Source of the DNA: Polyangiales bacterium
Lineage (GTDB): Bacteria > Myxococcota_A > Polyangia > Polyangiales > JADJQN01
Assembly (NCBI GenBank): GCA_964202905.1
Contig: CAXNJO010000003.1
Coordinates: 512,001-576,000 of the forward strand
Direction: 5' to 3'
DNA: 64,000 bases
Position 1 is the stretch's first letter. The number at the start of each line of letters is the position of its first letter. The notes under the pieces were generated by a model that worked only from the letters and a program-made list of their open reading frames with translations, searched no databases and was not told the origin of the DNA. Shown in pieces: positions 42,676 through 53,548 of this stretch. A program made the translations under genes and the position numbers.

Positions 42676-45368
42676 CTACCGGCGTTGTCGTTGGACTTGC
42701 TCGTAACGGTCCTGAAGGAGTCGCTCGCGCTCCTCGGTCGCCGCGGCCTGACGGCGCCACGCGATGAGCGCGCCCATGGCGACGATGAGCAGCGCGATGG
42801 CGAGCGACAGGCCGATGATGCCGCTGCCGCCCGGCCCACGAGCCGATGGAGGCGCGAGGTCCTCGGCCCGTGCGACCGGGCCGCGCTGACGCGGCCGCGA
42901 CGCCGCAGACACAGACGCCGACGACGCAGACGAGCCCCCGCGCGACGCGATCGGGAGCGCGCCCGGCAGCTCGGACGCAGGGGGGCGCGACGCGAGGGGG
43001 ATCGTGCCCGGCGGTGCAGCGGGCGACCCGAGCGAGGCCGGCGCCGCGCGCGCGACCTGCACGGGCACGGGCGCAGACTGGACCGCAGGGGACGCGGGAC
43101 CGCTCCGAAAGGGACGCGGCGACGACGACGAAGCGCGCTCGGGCGCGCCGGACGGGCTCGGGGACGCGGAAGGCGCGCGCGGCGCCGAGACCGCGGCCGC
43201 GGCAGGCGCGGGCGGCAGCGCGGCCGGGGACGCTCGCTCGCTGGCACGCGGGGCGCGGGCGGCAACGCACCCGGGGGACGCACGCTCGTCGGCGCGGGAG
43301 GGAGTCGGTTCGGCACGCCGGGCGCCCCGGCCGCGAGGAGGAAAGGCGCAGCCGACGGACGCGGCGCCTCGTGATCCGCTACAGCGCCATCTTGTGTGAT
43401 GGCCTCGCTTCGCGGGCTGCGAGCGCCCGTGGGGAGCGGCAGCGTGCCCGCGATGGGCCCGTCCGACGGGCGGCGGAGGGCCGGGAGCCGTGACCGCGCG
43501 GGGGCGTCCGGCGCCCGGCGCACCTCGAAATGCGGGACGCCCGCGACGGCCGCGGCGGGGCGCGCGGACGCTGCGGCCTGTGCGTCGTCGCGCATCTCCG
43601 CGAGATCGGCGGCGCTGAGTTGCTGCGTCTCCGCGCCACGGCGGGCGGGGCGCCGCGCCGACGCGACGGCGCGCGGGGCGGGCGGGCCGCCCTGCTCCGC
43701 CGTCTCCGGGGCCCGCGGGACGGGTCCGGCGGCGAGCGCGGCGCGGACGAGACGCGGGTCGAGGCCCTCCGGCTCGGGCGGCTTCTGCGCAGGGCGCGTC
43801 TCGAAGATTTCGTCCATCGAGATCTCCTGCGTCCCCCCGGCCGCTGCGCCGGCGATAGGCTGCCGACGCGGCGCCGCGAGCGGCCCTGATGCGGCATCCC
43901 CGGAGATCGGCGGCGTGGCGCGAACCGGGAGCCCGAGGGCCGGGCGACGCGACACCGACGCGAGCACCGCGGGCGCGAGGGCCTCGGGCAGCGCGACGAC
44001 GCGGCGCGTGTCGCGGGCGCGCTCCGGCAGGGTCTGCCCCTCGTCGAGCCGGTAGGCGGATGGCAGCGCGTCGGGCAGGAGCGGGAGCGGAGCGCGGGGA
44101 GAGTCGGAGGACTTGGAGACGGAGGAGGAGGTCGCACCGCTCGAGGACAACGCGGGGATGGACGCGGGCTGCGTCTCGGCGTCGGTCGGGAACGGGAACG
44201 CCCCGACCCGCGCCAAAACCTCCAATTCCTCTAGGGTTTCCGATACTTCGAGTGCGACCGGGGGCGCGACGGGGCGCCCCTCGGCGTCGAGCGCGGCCGT
44301 GCGCAGCGTGGCGTCGGACCGCGCCGTGGGCGGCGCCGTCGCGGCCGACGCCTCACCGAGCGCCCCCGGCGACGCGGACGGGGCGGCCGTCCCCAACAAG
44401 CTCGTCCGCGGCGCACCGGCGCGTCGGACACGGCGGAACGGACCCGGGTCGAGATCGGGCACGGGGAGGCGCGCGCACGCCGCGAGCGCCTCGATCAGCC
44501 CAGCGAGGGAGCCCGGGCGAGCGGCCGGTTCCGGGGCGAGCAGCGCGCGCAGCGCCTCCTCGACGGGCTCGAGCCCACGCCGGAGCGTCGGGAAGGCGGC
44601 CCCCGGCGGCGCCCCCGCGAGCGCCTCGAGCGCGATCCCCGCGACTCCGTAGCGGTCCGCCGCGTCCCCCGCCGTCCCGCGGAGCACCTCCGGCGCGAGC
44701 GCCCGCCGCCAGGCCGCGTCTCCCGCGACCGCGCGGACGAGCGCGGCGCCCGAGAGCACCGACAGCAGAAACGGCGAGATGAGCCGCAACCCCTCGCGGC
44801 CGACGACGACGCGCTCTGCCCGCACGTCACCGTGCCGATGCGGCGGCGGCAGCCCGGCGAGCGCCGCCGCGAGCTGCGCGACCACCGGGAGCACCTCGCT
44901 CACCTGCATCGTCTCGCCGCGCGCGCGCCGGGCGTCGAGCACGCTCCGCAGGGACGTCCCCTGGACGAGCGGCTCGACCACGAAGAGCAGCGCGCGCTCG
45001 CGGTCGACGTCGAGCAGCCCCGGCAGATAGCGGTTGCCGACCCCGACGCTCGCCGCGAGGCGCTCGCGCACGGCCTCGCGCTCCGCGGCGCCCGGCCACA
45101 TTTCACGGGCGAACACGGTGACGACGACGCGCGCGTCGCTCTCCTGATCGATCGCGCGGTAGCGGGCGAACGGGCCGTCGAGGCCGAGGCGCTCTTCGAG
45201 TTCCCAGCGCTCCGCGAGCACCTCACCGAGGCGGAGCAGCGTGCCTGGGTCGAGCCAGCGTGGCCCCGCGACGGTCGCCCCGTCGTCGTCGGGGTAGACC
45301 TCCGCCCCGCACGCCGCGCAGGTCGACGAGTCCGCGCCGACCGGGGTCTGGCACACCGCGCATTCCAT
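42676..45368 (-). pseudogene. Zinc-ribbon + degenerate Ser/Thr kinase (pseudokinase) + Pro-rich linker + C-terminal TM; 1-nt frameshift near 43226-43229
   Basis: CAVC...CAAC N-terminus; kinase remnants HGDVRAER, LAPE, ADRYG, ARP. The frame degenerates after ASERP, while the TM segment IIGLSLAIALLIVAMGALIAW lies in the 42676..43068 frame. Confidence 0.7.
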
Positions 45369-45459
45369 CCGGGCGGGGGACGCTACCACGTCGGCCCCGC
45401 GCCCCGCGAGCGGCGCCGACGCGGCGCGCGCGCGCGGGCGGCCCTATAGTCCCGCCGCC

Positions 45460-46914
45460 ATGCCGCCCCGCGATCCGCCGCCGACCCCCGACGCGACCGG
45501 TTCCGCCGCGCACCCCGACGCCGCCGCGCACCCCGACGCCGAGGGCTGGACGCCGACGAGCTGGGCGGCGAAAGAAGCGCGGCACCTGCCCAGCTACCCG
45601 GACGCGGCCGCCGTGACGCGCGCCGTGTCCACGCTGCGCGCGCTGCCGCCGCTGGTCACGTCGTGGGAGGTCGAGCGCCTCAAGCGCCAGCTCGCGGACG
45701 CGCAGCGCGGTCGGCGCTTCGTGCTCCAGGGCGGCGATTGCGCGGAGACGCTCGCGGACTGCAAGCCGCAGGTGATCACCGACAAGCTCAAGATCCTGCT
45801 GCAAATGTCGCTCGTGCTCGTGCACGGGGGCAAGCTGCCGGTCGTCCGCATCGGCCGCATGGCGGGCCAGTACGCCAAGCCGCGCTCGGCCGCGACCGAG
45901 ACGCGCGGCGGGCTCACGCTGCCGCCCTACCTCGGCGACCTCGTCAACCATCCCGAGTTCGACGCCGTCGCGCGCACGCCCGACCCCGCGCAGATGCTCG
46001 CCGGCTACCACCACGCCGCGCTCACGCTGAACTTCGTGCGGGCGCTGACCGAGGGCGGCTTCGCCGATCTGCACCACCCCGAGTATTGGGATCTCTCCTT
46101 CCTCGGGCGTCGCGGCATGAACGACGAGCTGCGCGCCGAGTACCAGCGCACGAGCGCGTCGCTCGCGGAGGCGTTGCACTTCATGGAGGCGATGGGCGAG
46201 ACGACGATCGACGAGCTCAGCCGCGTCGAGTTCTACACCTCTCACGAGGGGCTGAACCTGCACTACGAGAGCGCGCAGACGCGCACGGTGCCGCGGCGTC
46301 CCGGCCACTACGATCTCACGACGCACCTGCCGTGGATCGGCGAGCGCACGCGCGGCCTCGACGGCGCGCACGTCGAGTTCTTCCGCGGCATCCGCAACCC
46401 GATCGGCGTCAAGCTCGGTCCCGCCGCGCGCCCCGAGGAGCTCGAGCCGCTGCTCGAGGCGCTCAACCCCGGGGACGAAGCGGGCAAGATCGTGCTCATC
46501 GCGCGACTCGGCGCCCACCGCGTCGAGGACGCGCTCCCGCGGCTCGTGGACGCCGTGCGCCGCGCGGGGCGCACGGTCCTCTGGCTGAGCGACCCGATGC
46601 ACGGCAACACGATCACCACCGCCTCGGGCCGCAAGACGCGCGACTTCGCGGACATCGTGCGGGAGCTCGAGGCCTCGTTCGACGCGCACGCGTCCGAGGG
46701 CTCACGGCTGGGCGGCGTGCACTTCGAGCTGACGGGCGACGACGTCACCGAGTGCATCGGCGGCGGTCTCACCGAGTCCGACCTCGACGCGCGCTACGCG
46801 AGCCTGTGCGACCCCCGGCTCAACTACGGGCAGGCGCTCGAGATGGCGTTCGTCCTCGCGCGGCGCATGGCGCGGAGCCCACGCCCCGCCACGCTGCCCC
46901 CACCCGGCCGCTGA
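45460..46914 (+). CDS. Class II (plant-type) DAHP synthase
   Basis: LQGGDCAE, GRMAGQYAKPRS, YTSHEGL, WIGERTR, SDPMHGNT, CDPRLN. Confidence 0.96.
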   Translation: MPPRDPPPTPDATGSAAHPDAAAHPDAEGWTPTSWAAKEARHLPSYPDAAAVTRAVSTLRALPPLVTSWEVERLKRQLADAQRGRRFVLQGGDCAETLADCKPQVITDKLKILLQMSLVLVHGGKLPVVRIGRMAGQYAKPRSAATETRGGLTLPPYLGDLVNHPEFDAVARTPDPAQMLAGYHHAALTLNFVRALTEGGFADLHHPEYWDLSFLGRRGMNDELRAEYQRTSASLAEALHFMEAMGETTIDELSRVEFYTSHEGLNLHYESAQTRTVPRRPGHYDLTTHLPWIGERTRGLDGAHVEFFRGIRNPIGVKLGPAARPEELEPLLEALNPGDEAGKIVLIARLGAHRVEDALPRLVDAVRRAGRTVLWLSDPMHGNTITTASGRKTRDFADIVRELEASFDAHASEGSRLGGVHFELTGDDVTECIGGGLTESDLDARYASLCDPRLNYGQALEMAFVLARRMARSPRPATLPPPGR

Positions 46915-46930
46915 CGGCGACCGGCGAGCG

Positions 46931-47067
46931 CGCGACGCGACACGTCGAGGACGTTGCGGTGTCCGCGACGCGACACGTCAAGGACGTTGCGGTGTCCGCG
47001 ACGCGACACGTCAAGGACGTTGCGGTGTCCGCGACGCGACACGTCAAGGACGTTGCGGTGTCCGCGA
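46931..47067. repeat. 33-bp tandem repeat, 4 full copies plus 5 nt
   Basis: Unit CGCGACGCGACACGTC(G/A)AGGACGTTGCGGTGTC at 46931, 46964, 46997 and 47030; no spacers. Confidence 0.97.
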
Positions 47068-47105
47068 TGCGCCCCCTCGCGGGCTTGGCGACAGGCGCTC
47101 GCGGC

Positions 47106-47612
47106 TCAGCGGGACACGCCGCCGACGCCGCCCGTGCTGCCGAAGCCGCCCTCGCCTCGCGCCGTCCCGCCGAGCGCCGCCGCGTCTTCGACCAGGACGA
47201 CGCGCGCACGCGCGACGGGCGCGACGACGAGCTGCGCGATGCGGTCCCCCGGGTGCACGGTGAAGTCGTGCGGGCCGAGGTTGACGAGGAGGACCTTCAC
47301 CTCGCCGCGGTAGTCCTCGTCGATCGTCCCCGGCGCGTTGAGCACGGTGACGCCGTGCCGCGCGGCGAGCCCGGAGCGCGGGCGCACCTGCCCCTCGTGG
47401 CCCGGCGGCAACGCGATCGCGAGCCCCGTGGGCACGGCCTCCCAGCCGCCGCGGGGCAGGCAGAGCGGCGCCTCGAGCGCCGCGGAGAGGTCGAGGCCCG
47501 CGGCCCCCTCGGTCGCATACGCCGGAAGCGAAGCGAGCCCGGGCTTCAGGATGCACACCTGGAGCGCCGGGCCCGTCTCGCCCCCGCGCGACTTCGCGCG
47601 AGAGTCATCCAT
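47106..47612 (-). CDS. dut: dUTP diphosphatase
   Basis: [37 protein letters not shown]. Confidence 0.97.
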   Translation of the reverse strand: MDDSRAKSRGGETGPALQVCILKPGLASLPAYATEGAAGLDLSAALEAPLCLPRGGWEAVPTGLAIALPPGHEGQVRPRSGLAARHGVTVLNAPGTIDEDYRGEVKVLLVNLGPHDFTVHPGDRIAQLVVAPVARARVVLVEDAAALGGTARGEGGFGSTGGVGGVSR

Positions 47613-47632
47613 GTCGGAGCGGGGTCCGCGTC

Positions 47633-49846
47633 TCAGCGGCGCGGGCCGCGGTCGCGTCCGCCGCCGCCGCCGCCGCGATCGTCGCGACGCGGGCCACGGT
47701 CACGTCCGCCGCCGCGATCACCGCGGTCGCCACGGTCCTCGCGGGGCGGCGGCTCGATGTAGCCCTCGGGCTTCGGCAGAAGCTCCTTGCGGCTGAGGCG
47801 GATGCGCCCCTCGCGGTCGATGTTGGTGACCTTCACCTCGACGACGTCGCCGAGCTTCATCACCTCTTCGACCGAGTCGATGCGCGCCCAGTCGATGTCG
47901 GAGATGTGCAGCAGGCCGTCGTTGCCCGGCATGACCTCGAGGAAGGCGCCGTAGGGCTCCACGCGCCGCACGGTGCCCTTGTAGGTCATGCCGATCTCCG
48001 GCTCCTGCGTGATCCCGCGGATGATGTCGATCGCGCGCTGCGCGGCGACGCTGTCCGAGCTCGCGATGGCGACGGTGCCGTCGTCCTGCACGTCGATCTG
48101 GACGCCCGTCTGGTCGACGATCGCCTTGATCATCTTGCCGCCGGGCCCGATCACGAGGCGGATCTGGTCGGGCTTGACCTTGATCGTGACGATGCGCGGC
48201 GCGTACTTGGACATGTCGGCGCGCGCGGCCGGGAGCGCCTCGTTCATCTTGCCGAGGATGTGGAGGCGGCCGTCCTTCGCCTGCGCGAGGGCGCGCGAGA
48301 CGACGTCCCGCGCGAGACCGCTGATCTTGATGTCCATCTGGATGGCGGTGATGCCCTTCGAGGTGCCGCACACCTTGAAGTCCATGTCACCGAGCGCGTC
48401 CTCGTCGCCGAGGATGTCGGTGAGCACGGCGAACTTGCCGTTCTCCGAGATGAGGCCCATCGCGACGCCGGCGACGGGCGCCTTCACGGGGACGCCCGCG
48501 TCCATCAGCGAGAGCGAGCCGCCGCAGACGGTCGCCATCGAGGAGGAGCCGTTCGACTCGGTGATCTCCGAGACGATGCGGATCGTGTAGGGGAAGTCCG
48601 CCTTGTTCGGCAGGACCTTGCTGATCGCGCGCTCGGCGAGCTTGCCGTGGCCGACCTCGCGGCGGCCGGGGCCGCGCATCATCTTCGCCTCACCGACCGA
48701 GTACGGCGGGAAGTTGTAGTGCAGCATGAACGGCTTGAACGAGCCGCCGATCAGCGCGTCGATGCGCTGCTCGTCCTGGCCCGTGCCGAGGGTCACCGTG
48801 ACGATGCCCTGCGTCTCGCCGCGCGTGAAGAGCGACGAACCGTGGACGCGCGGGAGGAGGCCCGCCTCGATGGCGATCGGGCGCACCGTCGTGAGGTCGC
48901 GGCCGTCGACGCGGCGCCCCTCCTCGACGATCTGCAAGCGCATCGTGACGTAGCGGAGGTCTTCGAAGGCCGTCTTCGCGTGGGCCTCGGCCTCGGCGCC
49001 GAGCTCGGCGACGACCTTCGCGACGACCGCCTTCTTGGCGGCCTTGAACGCGCCGTAGCGCTCGTGCTTGACGCGGACGTTGCACGCCTCGCGGACGAGG
49101 GCGAGGCCGTGCGCCTTGACGCTCGCCGTGATGTGCTCGGGCGTCGCGGGCGGCGAGAAGGTCATCTTCGCCTTGCCGACGGCCTCGCGCATACGCTCGA
49201 TGAGGCCGATCGCCTCCTGCACGGCCTGCTGGCCGAAGAACATCGCGTCGACGAGGTCCGACTCCTGGGCCTCGTTCGCCTCGCCCTCGACCATCATGAT
49301 CGCGTCCTTCGAGGCAGCGACGACGATCTCGAGGTCGGCGCGCTCGATCTCCGCGAAGGTCGGGTTGGCGACGAGGCGGCCGTCGATGCGCGCGACGCGC
49401 ACGCCGCCGATCGGGCCGTCCCACGGGATGTTCGAGATGTGCAGCGCCGCCGAGGCGCCGAGCATCGCGAGCATGTCCGAGGGGTTCTCCTTGTCGTAGG
49501 AGAGGACGGTCGCGATGATCTGGACCTCGTTCTTGTAGCCCTCGGGGAAGAGCGGGCGGCAGGGGCGGTCGATGAGGCGCGAGATGAGCACCTCCTCGTC
49601 ACGCAGGCGCCCCTCGCGCTTGAAGAAGCCGCCGGGGATCTTGCCGGCGGCGTACGTCTTCTCGACGTAGTCGACGCTCAGCGGGAAGAAGTCGATGCCG
49701 GGGCGCGGGGAGTCCGTGCCGACGACCGTGACGAGCACGATGGTCTCGCCGCAGGTGACGAGCACGGAGCTCGCCTGCTTGGCGATGCGGCCGGTCTCGA
49801 GCGTGATGAGCCGATCGCCGATCTTGACGTTTTCGCGGATGAACAT
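47633..49846 (-). CDS. pnp: Polyribonucleotide nucleotidyltransferase
   Basis: [38 protein letters not shown] and S1 domains. Confidence 0.98.
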   Translation of the reverse strand: MFIRENVKIGDRLITLETGRIAKQASSVLVTCGETIVLVTVVGTDSPRPGIDFFPLSVDYVEKTYAAGKIPGGFFKREGRLRDEEVLISRLIDRPCRPLFPEGYKNEVQIIATVLSYDKENPSDMLAMLGASAALHISNIPWDGPIGGVRVARIDGRLVANPTFAEIERADLEIVVAASKDAIMMVEGEANEAQESDLVDAMFFGQQAVQEAIGLIERMREAVGKAKMTFSPPATPEHITASVKAHGLALVREACNVRVKHERYGAFKAAKKAVVAKVVAELGAEAEAHAKTAFEDLRYVTMRLQIVEEGRRVDGRDLTTVRPIAIEAGLLPRVHGSSLFTRGETQGIVTVTLGTGQDEQRIDALIGGSFKPFMLHYNFPPYSVGEAKMMRGPGRREVGHGKLAERAISKVLPNKADFPYTIRIVSEITESNGSSSMATVCGGSLSLMDAGVPVKAPVAGVAMGLISENGKFAVLTDILGDEDALGDMDFKVCGTSKGITAIQMDIKISGLARDVVSRALAQAKDGRLHILGKMNEALPAARADMSKYAPRIVTIKVKPDQIRLVIGPGGKMIKAIVDQTGVQIDVQDDGTVAIASSDSVAAQRAIDIIRGITQEPEIGMTYKGTVRRVEPYGAFLEVMPGNDGLLHISDIDWARIDSVEEVMKLGDVVEVKVTNIDREGRIRLSRKELLPKPEGYIEPPPREDRGDRGDRGGGRDRGPRRDDRGGGGGGRDRGPRR

Positions 49847-50069
49847 GGGACGAACCTCGAACCTGCGCGCGCCCCGCGGGCGCAGGTGATGGGCCCTCGA
49901 TCGGGCGTCCGGGGAGGCTCGGTCCTCGGTTCCAGGGTTCGACGGGGCCGCAGGGGCGGGCGTCGACGACTCGAAACGAAGTCCGAACAGCGTCCGAGGG
50001 CGCTCGGGCTCGGGCGGGGGGTGTCAGAGCGACGCGCGGGGCCGCGGAGCGACCGCGCGCATCGAACGA

Positions 50070-50102
50070 GAAGGGCCAGCGACACCATGTCGCCGGCCCT
50101 TC
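50070..50102 (-). terminator. Hairpin after rpsO (terminator or processing stem)
   Basis: GAAGGGCCGGCGACA-TGG-TGTCGCTGGCCCTTC 15-bp stem, 12 nt after the rpsO stop. Confidence 0.65.
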
Positions 50103-50114
50103 GTGTTCAGCCAA

Positions 50115-50381
50115 TCACTTGCGGATGCCGAGTGACTGGATGAGGTTGCGGTAGCGCTCGACGCTCCGGCTGCGGAGGTAATCGAGGAGGCTGCGGCGCT
50201 GGCTGACCAGCTGGAGGAGGCCGCGGCGCGAGTGGTGGTCCTTCGCGTGGGTCTTGAAGTGCTCGGTGAGGTACTGGATGCGCTCCGTGAGGATGGCGAT
50301 CTGGACCTCCGGCGAGCCGGTGTCGCCCTCGTGGCGGGCGTACTTCGCGATGATCTCGGTCTTCTTCTCGGCTTGCAGCAT
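50115..50381 (-). CDS. rpsO: 30S ribosomal protein S15
   Basis: [24 protein letters not shown]; upstream of pnp. Confidence 0.98.
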   Translation of the reverse strand: MLQAEKKTEIIAKYARHEGDTGSPEVQIAILTERIQYLTEHFKTHAKDHHSRRGLLQLVSQRRSLLDYLRSRSVERYRNLIQSLGIRK

Positions 50382-50438
50382 GCGTATCTCCGTGGCGCGG
50401 AGCCGGAGCCCCGACGCCCGTTTCTCGAAAGGGGCGCA

Positions 50439-50466
50439 ATTCTAGCGGCCCGGGGTGGCGGGTCAA
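50439..50466 (-). promoter_or_regulatory. Sigma70-type promoter of rpsO-pnp
   Basis: TTGACC-N16-TAGAAT followed by GC-rich TGCGCCCC. Confidence 0.7.
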
Positions 50467-50494
50467 GCGCCGCGGCGAGGGCGCGGGGCGCGGC

Positions 50495-51463
50495 TCAGAT
50501 CAGCGTGATCGGCGCGCAGATCGAGACGCCCGCGCCGACGATGATGCGGCCGGTGTCGTTCACGACCTTCGTGACCGAGCCATCGCCCTCGGGCGGCAGG
50601 TTGAAGCGCCAGACCTCGGAGTTCGTCGCGCCGGTCGCGCGGATGAAGACGTAGAAGCGGCCGCCCCAGAACGCGAAGGCGTACTGCGACTCGAAGTCGC
50701 CGCCCATCGCCGCGAGCTCGAAGGCGCGCGTCTCGGCGCCGGTGTTGCGGTCGAGTTCGACGATGCGGCCCGGCGTCACGCGCGAGAACACCGTGTCGGG
50801 CTTGTAGAAGGCGTAGAGGCCACCGGCGGCGTTGCCCGAGAGCTCGGGCCAGCCGGCGAGGTCGCCGATCGGCGTCGCCGCGCGCGTCGAGGGCACGACT
50901 CGGCCGAGCTTCGCCGGCCGCAGTGAACTCATCTCGAGCAGGTCGATGAAGGTGCCGCCCGAGACGAAGAGCAGCTCGGAGCTGCCGTCCGCGGAGAAGC
51001 CCATGCCGAAACGCTCGAAGGGCGCGGCGAGCGGAAAGGCGTCCGCGCCGCAGCTCGCGTCGAGCGTGCTGACGAGGCGGATGTTCCCGTCGTTGAAGAG
51101 CACCCAGGCGTTGGCGCTCTGGTCGACGGACATCGAGAAGGGCCGGTTGCCCGCGGCGCAGGGGATGACGCCGACGTTCGTGAACGTGAGCGTCGCCGGG
51201 TCGAAGCGCGCGAGCGTGTTCGCGCGGTCGATGACGTAGACGTACTCGGCGCGCTCGTCGCAGGCGGGGGGCGTCGGGCCGAGGTCGGGGGGCGGGCCGA
51301 AGTCCGGTCGGGGCCCGGCGTCGATCGGGCCGCCGAGGTCGGTGCCGCCACCAGAGCCGCCGTCGCGGCCGCGGGTCGGGACGCGGTCGTCGGAGCCACA
51401 CGCGACGCCGGCGAGCGCGAGCATGGAAAACAAGGAAGTAAGGAGGACGCGAGAGAGACGCAT
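50495..51463 (-). CDS. Lipoprotein, probable beta-propeller (myxobacterial family)
   Basis: Lipobox GVAC, Gly/Pro/Asp linker, beta-rich body (PFSMSVD, FGMGFS, AFAFWGGRFYVF, IVGAGVSICAP). Confidence 0.8.
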   Translation of the reverse strand: MRLSRVLLTSLFSMLALAGVACGSDDRVPTRGRDGGSGGGTDLGGPIDAGPRPDFGPPPDLGPTPPACDERAEYVYVIDRANTLARFDPATLTFTNVGVIPCAAGNRPFSMSVDQSANAWVLFNDGNIRLVSTLDASCGADAFPLAAPFERFGMGFSADGSSELLFVSGGTFIDLLEMSSLRPAKLGRVVPSTRAATPIGDLAGWPELSGNAAGGLYAFYKPDTVFSRVTPGRIVELDRNTGAETRAFELAAMGGDFESQYAFAFWGGRFYVFIRATGATNSEVWRFNLPPEGDGSVTKVVNDTGRIIVGAGVSICAPITLI

Positions 51464-51537
51464 GGCACGCACCCTACCCCGCACGATCGGGCCCGACCAT
51501 CCCGAAATCGTTGACGCGGTGCGCGACTCGCAGCGCG

Positions 51538-52716
51538 TCAGGCCGTCGACGGAGGCAGCGAGAGCCCGCGCTCGACACGGTCGCGGCCGGTCTGCTTGGC
51601 GGTGTAGAGCGCCGCGTCCGCACGGCGGAAGAACGACTCCCAGTCTTCCGGGCGCGCCGGGTCGAAGGCCGCGACGCCGAAACTCGCCGTGACGCGCAGC
51701 GACGGGCCGCGCGTGACGACGGGAGCGCCGACGAGCGCCTCGCGGAGACGGCCCGCGAGGGTCGCGGCTCCCTCGATGTCCGAGTCGCGCATGAGCACGC
51801 AGAACTCCTCGCCGCCGTAGCGCGCGACGGTGTCCGAGCCGCGCGCGCCGCGGCGCAGCACCCCGCCGAGGTGGCGGATGACGTCGTCGCCGATGGCGTG
51901 TCCGTGCGTGTCGTTGACCGACTTGAAGCGGTCGATGTCCGCCACGATCAGCGCGAGCGGCTTCTTCGTGCGCGCGGCGTACTCGAGCTCGGCGCGGACG
52001 CGCTCCTCGAGGGCGCGGCGGTTCGCGCAGCCAGTCATCGGATCCATGAGGGCGAGCTCGCGCGAGCGGGCGTCGCTGCGCTCGCGGTGCATGACGAGGA
52101 AGCCGAGCCCGGTGCCGAGCGCGTAGAGTATCTCCGGGAAGAACGCGATCGAGCGCTCGAGGGAGGGGCCGAGGAAGCGCTCGTCGATGTGGTCGGAACT
52201 CCAGAGGATGCCGATGCGCACGGCCATGCAGGCGCTCGTGAGCGCGCCGAGCCCGATGCCGATCACGCGCGAGCGCTCCTTGCGGATGCCGCCGCCGCGC
52301 GCGAATTCCCACGATCCGGCGGCGGTGAGCGCGCCGATGACCATGGAGGAGAACGTCGACCGCAAGACGTAACTCGCGCCGGCTCCCCACAGGATCGCGA
52401 AGACGGGCACCATGGCGACCGTCGCCGAGAGCAGCCGACGCGGCGAGGCGTCCGGGTCGTTGAAGCGGCGGTACGCGTTCCAGTGCAGCGCGATCGCGAT
52501 CCAGATGAGGCCATTCCCGAAGAGAATCGGGATGAACGCCGGCGCATGCCCACGCGTGAGTTGCGCGGTGAAGGCGACCGCGAGCACCCACGAGCCCAGC
52601 GTCGCCTCGCGGAAGCCGGGGACGGTGCGCGCGTCGCGCGCCGACGGCAGGATGAGCCCGACGAGCAGCGACGAGGCGATGACCATCACCATGATCGTCG
52701 GGACGTCGAGTTGCAC
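51538..52716 (-). CDS. Membrane-bound diguanylate cyclase (GGDEF)
   Basis: About 7 TM N-terminus; DPMTGCANRR, DIDRFKSVNDTHGH, RGSD I-site, ARYGGEEF. Confidence 0.93.
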   Translation of the reverse strand: MQLDVPTIMVMVIASSLLVGLILPSARDARTVPGFREATLGSWVLAVAFTAQLTRGHAPAFIPILFGNGLIWIAIALHWNAYRRFNDPDASPRRLLSATVAMVPVFAILWGAGASYVLRSTFSSMVIGALTAAGSWEFARGGGIRKERSRVIGIGLGALTSACMAVRIGILWSSDHIDERFLGPSLERSIAFFPEILYALGTGLGFLVMHRERSDARSRELALMDPMTGCANRRALEERVRAELEYAARTKKPLALIVADIDRFKSVNDTHGHAIGDDVIRHLGGVLRRGARGSDTVARYGGEEFCVLMRDSDIEGAATLAGRLREALVGAPVVTRGPSLRVTASFGVAAFDPARPEDWESFFRRADAALYTAKQTGRDRVERGLSLPPSTA

Positions 52717-52786
52717 GGCGGCGCACCGTAGGCGCTGCGCTGCGCGGCGCGTCAACCGGACCGCGGCGGCGCGCCGCGACGCGCGA

Positions 52787-53548
52787 TCAGCCGGTGAACG
52801 GGATGCGCTCGCGGAGCAGGCGCGCCCGCTCGCGGGCGAGCGGCACGCGCGGCGTGTCGGGGTGATCGAGCACCAGCTCGAAGGTGCCGGCGCCCGCGGG
52901 CTCGATGGCGGCGATGCGGTCGAGCCGCACGAGCACGCCGCGGTGCGAGCGGAAGAAATCACGCTCGTCGACGGCCTGCTCGACGGCGGCCAGCGTGAGG
53001 TCGAGGGCGAAGCGGTCGGAGGCCGTGACCGCCCAGACGAGCTCGTCCTTCATCTCGAAGTAGACGACGTCCGCGATGTCGAGCACGACGTAGACGCCGC
53101 GCCGACGCACCGCGAGCCGCGCGAGCGGCGCCTCGCCCGGCTTGCGCAACGCGGCGGGCGCCGGCGCGCCACCGGCGACGGGCGCAGCCTCGCGGACCCG
53201 CTCGAGCGTCTTCTGCAGCCGCGCGAGGCGCACGGGCTTGAGGAGATAGTCGAGCACGCGCGCTTCGAAGGCGCGCAGCGCGCCCTCGTCGTGCGCCGAC
53301 ACGACGACGACGGCGAGCTCGGGCCGCCGCGCGAGCAGCGCCTCCGCGAGCGCGACGCCATCGGGCCCCGGCATGCGCAGGTCCACGAAGGCGACGTCCG
53401 GCGTCTCCCGCTCGGCGAGCGTGAGCGCCTCGGCCGCGTGGCGCGCGGTGCCGACGACCTCGACGCCGCCCGCCTCTGCGAGCAGGAACACGAGCTCGTC
53501 GCGCGCGAGCGGCTCGTCGTCGACCACGATGGCGCGGAGCGTCGTCAC
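52787..53548 (-). CDS. LytTR-family response regulator
   Basis: VVDDEPLAR, FVDLRMPG, DYLLKP, FFRSHRG. Confidence 0.95.
   Translation of the reverse strand: MTTLRAIVVDDEPLARDELVFLLAEAGGVEVVGTARHAAEALTLAERETPDVAFVDLRMPGPDGVALAEALLARRPELAVVVVSAHDEGALRAFEARVLDYLLKPVRLARLQKTLERVREAAPVAGGAPAPAALRKPGEAPLARLAVRRRGVYVVLDIADVVYFEMKDELVWAVTASDRFALDLTLAAVEQAVDERDFFRSHRGVLVRLDRIAAIEPAGAGTFELVLDHPDTPRVPLARERARLLRERIPFTG

Noticed and set aside
45460..46914. Class II DAHP synthase as a marker of a secondary-metabolite cluster
   Set aside because: Neighbours are dut, pnp and a pseudokinase, with no biosynthetic genes. Probably housekeeping.
46931..47067. Possible CRISPR array
   Set aside because: The 33-bp units abut directly with no unique spacers, and no cas genes are in the window.
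47906..50143. 745-aa plus-strand ORF
   Set aside because: Mirror frame of pnp.
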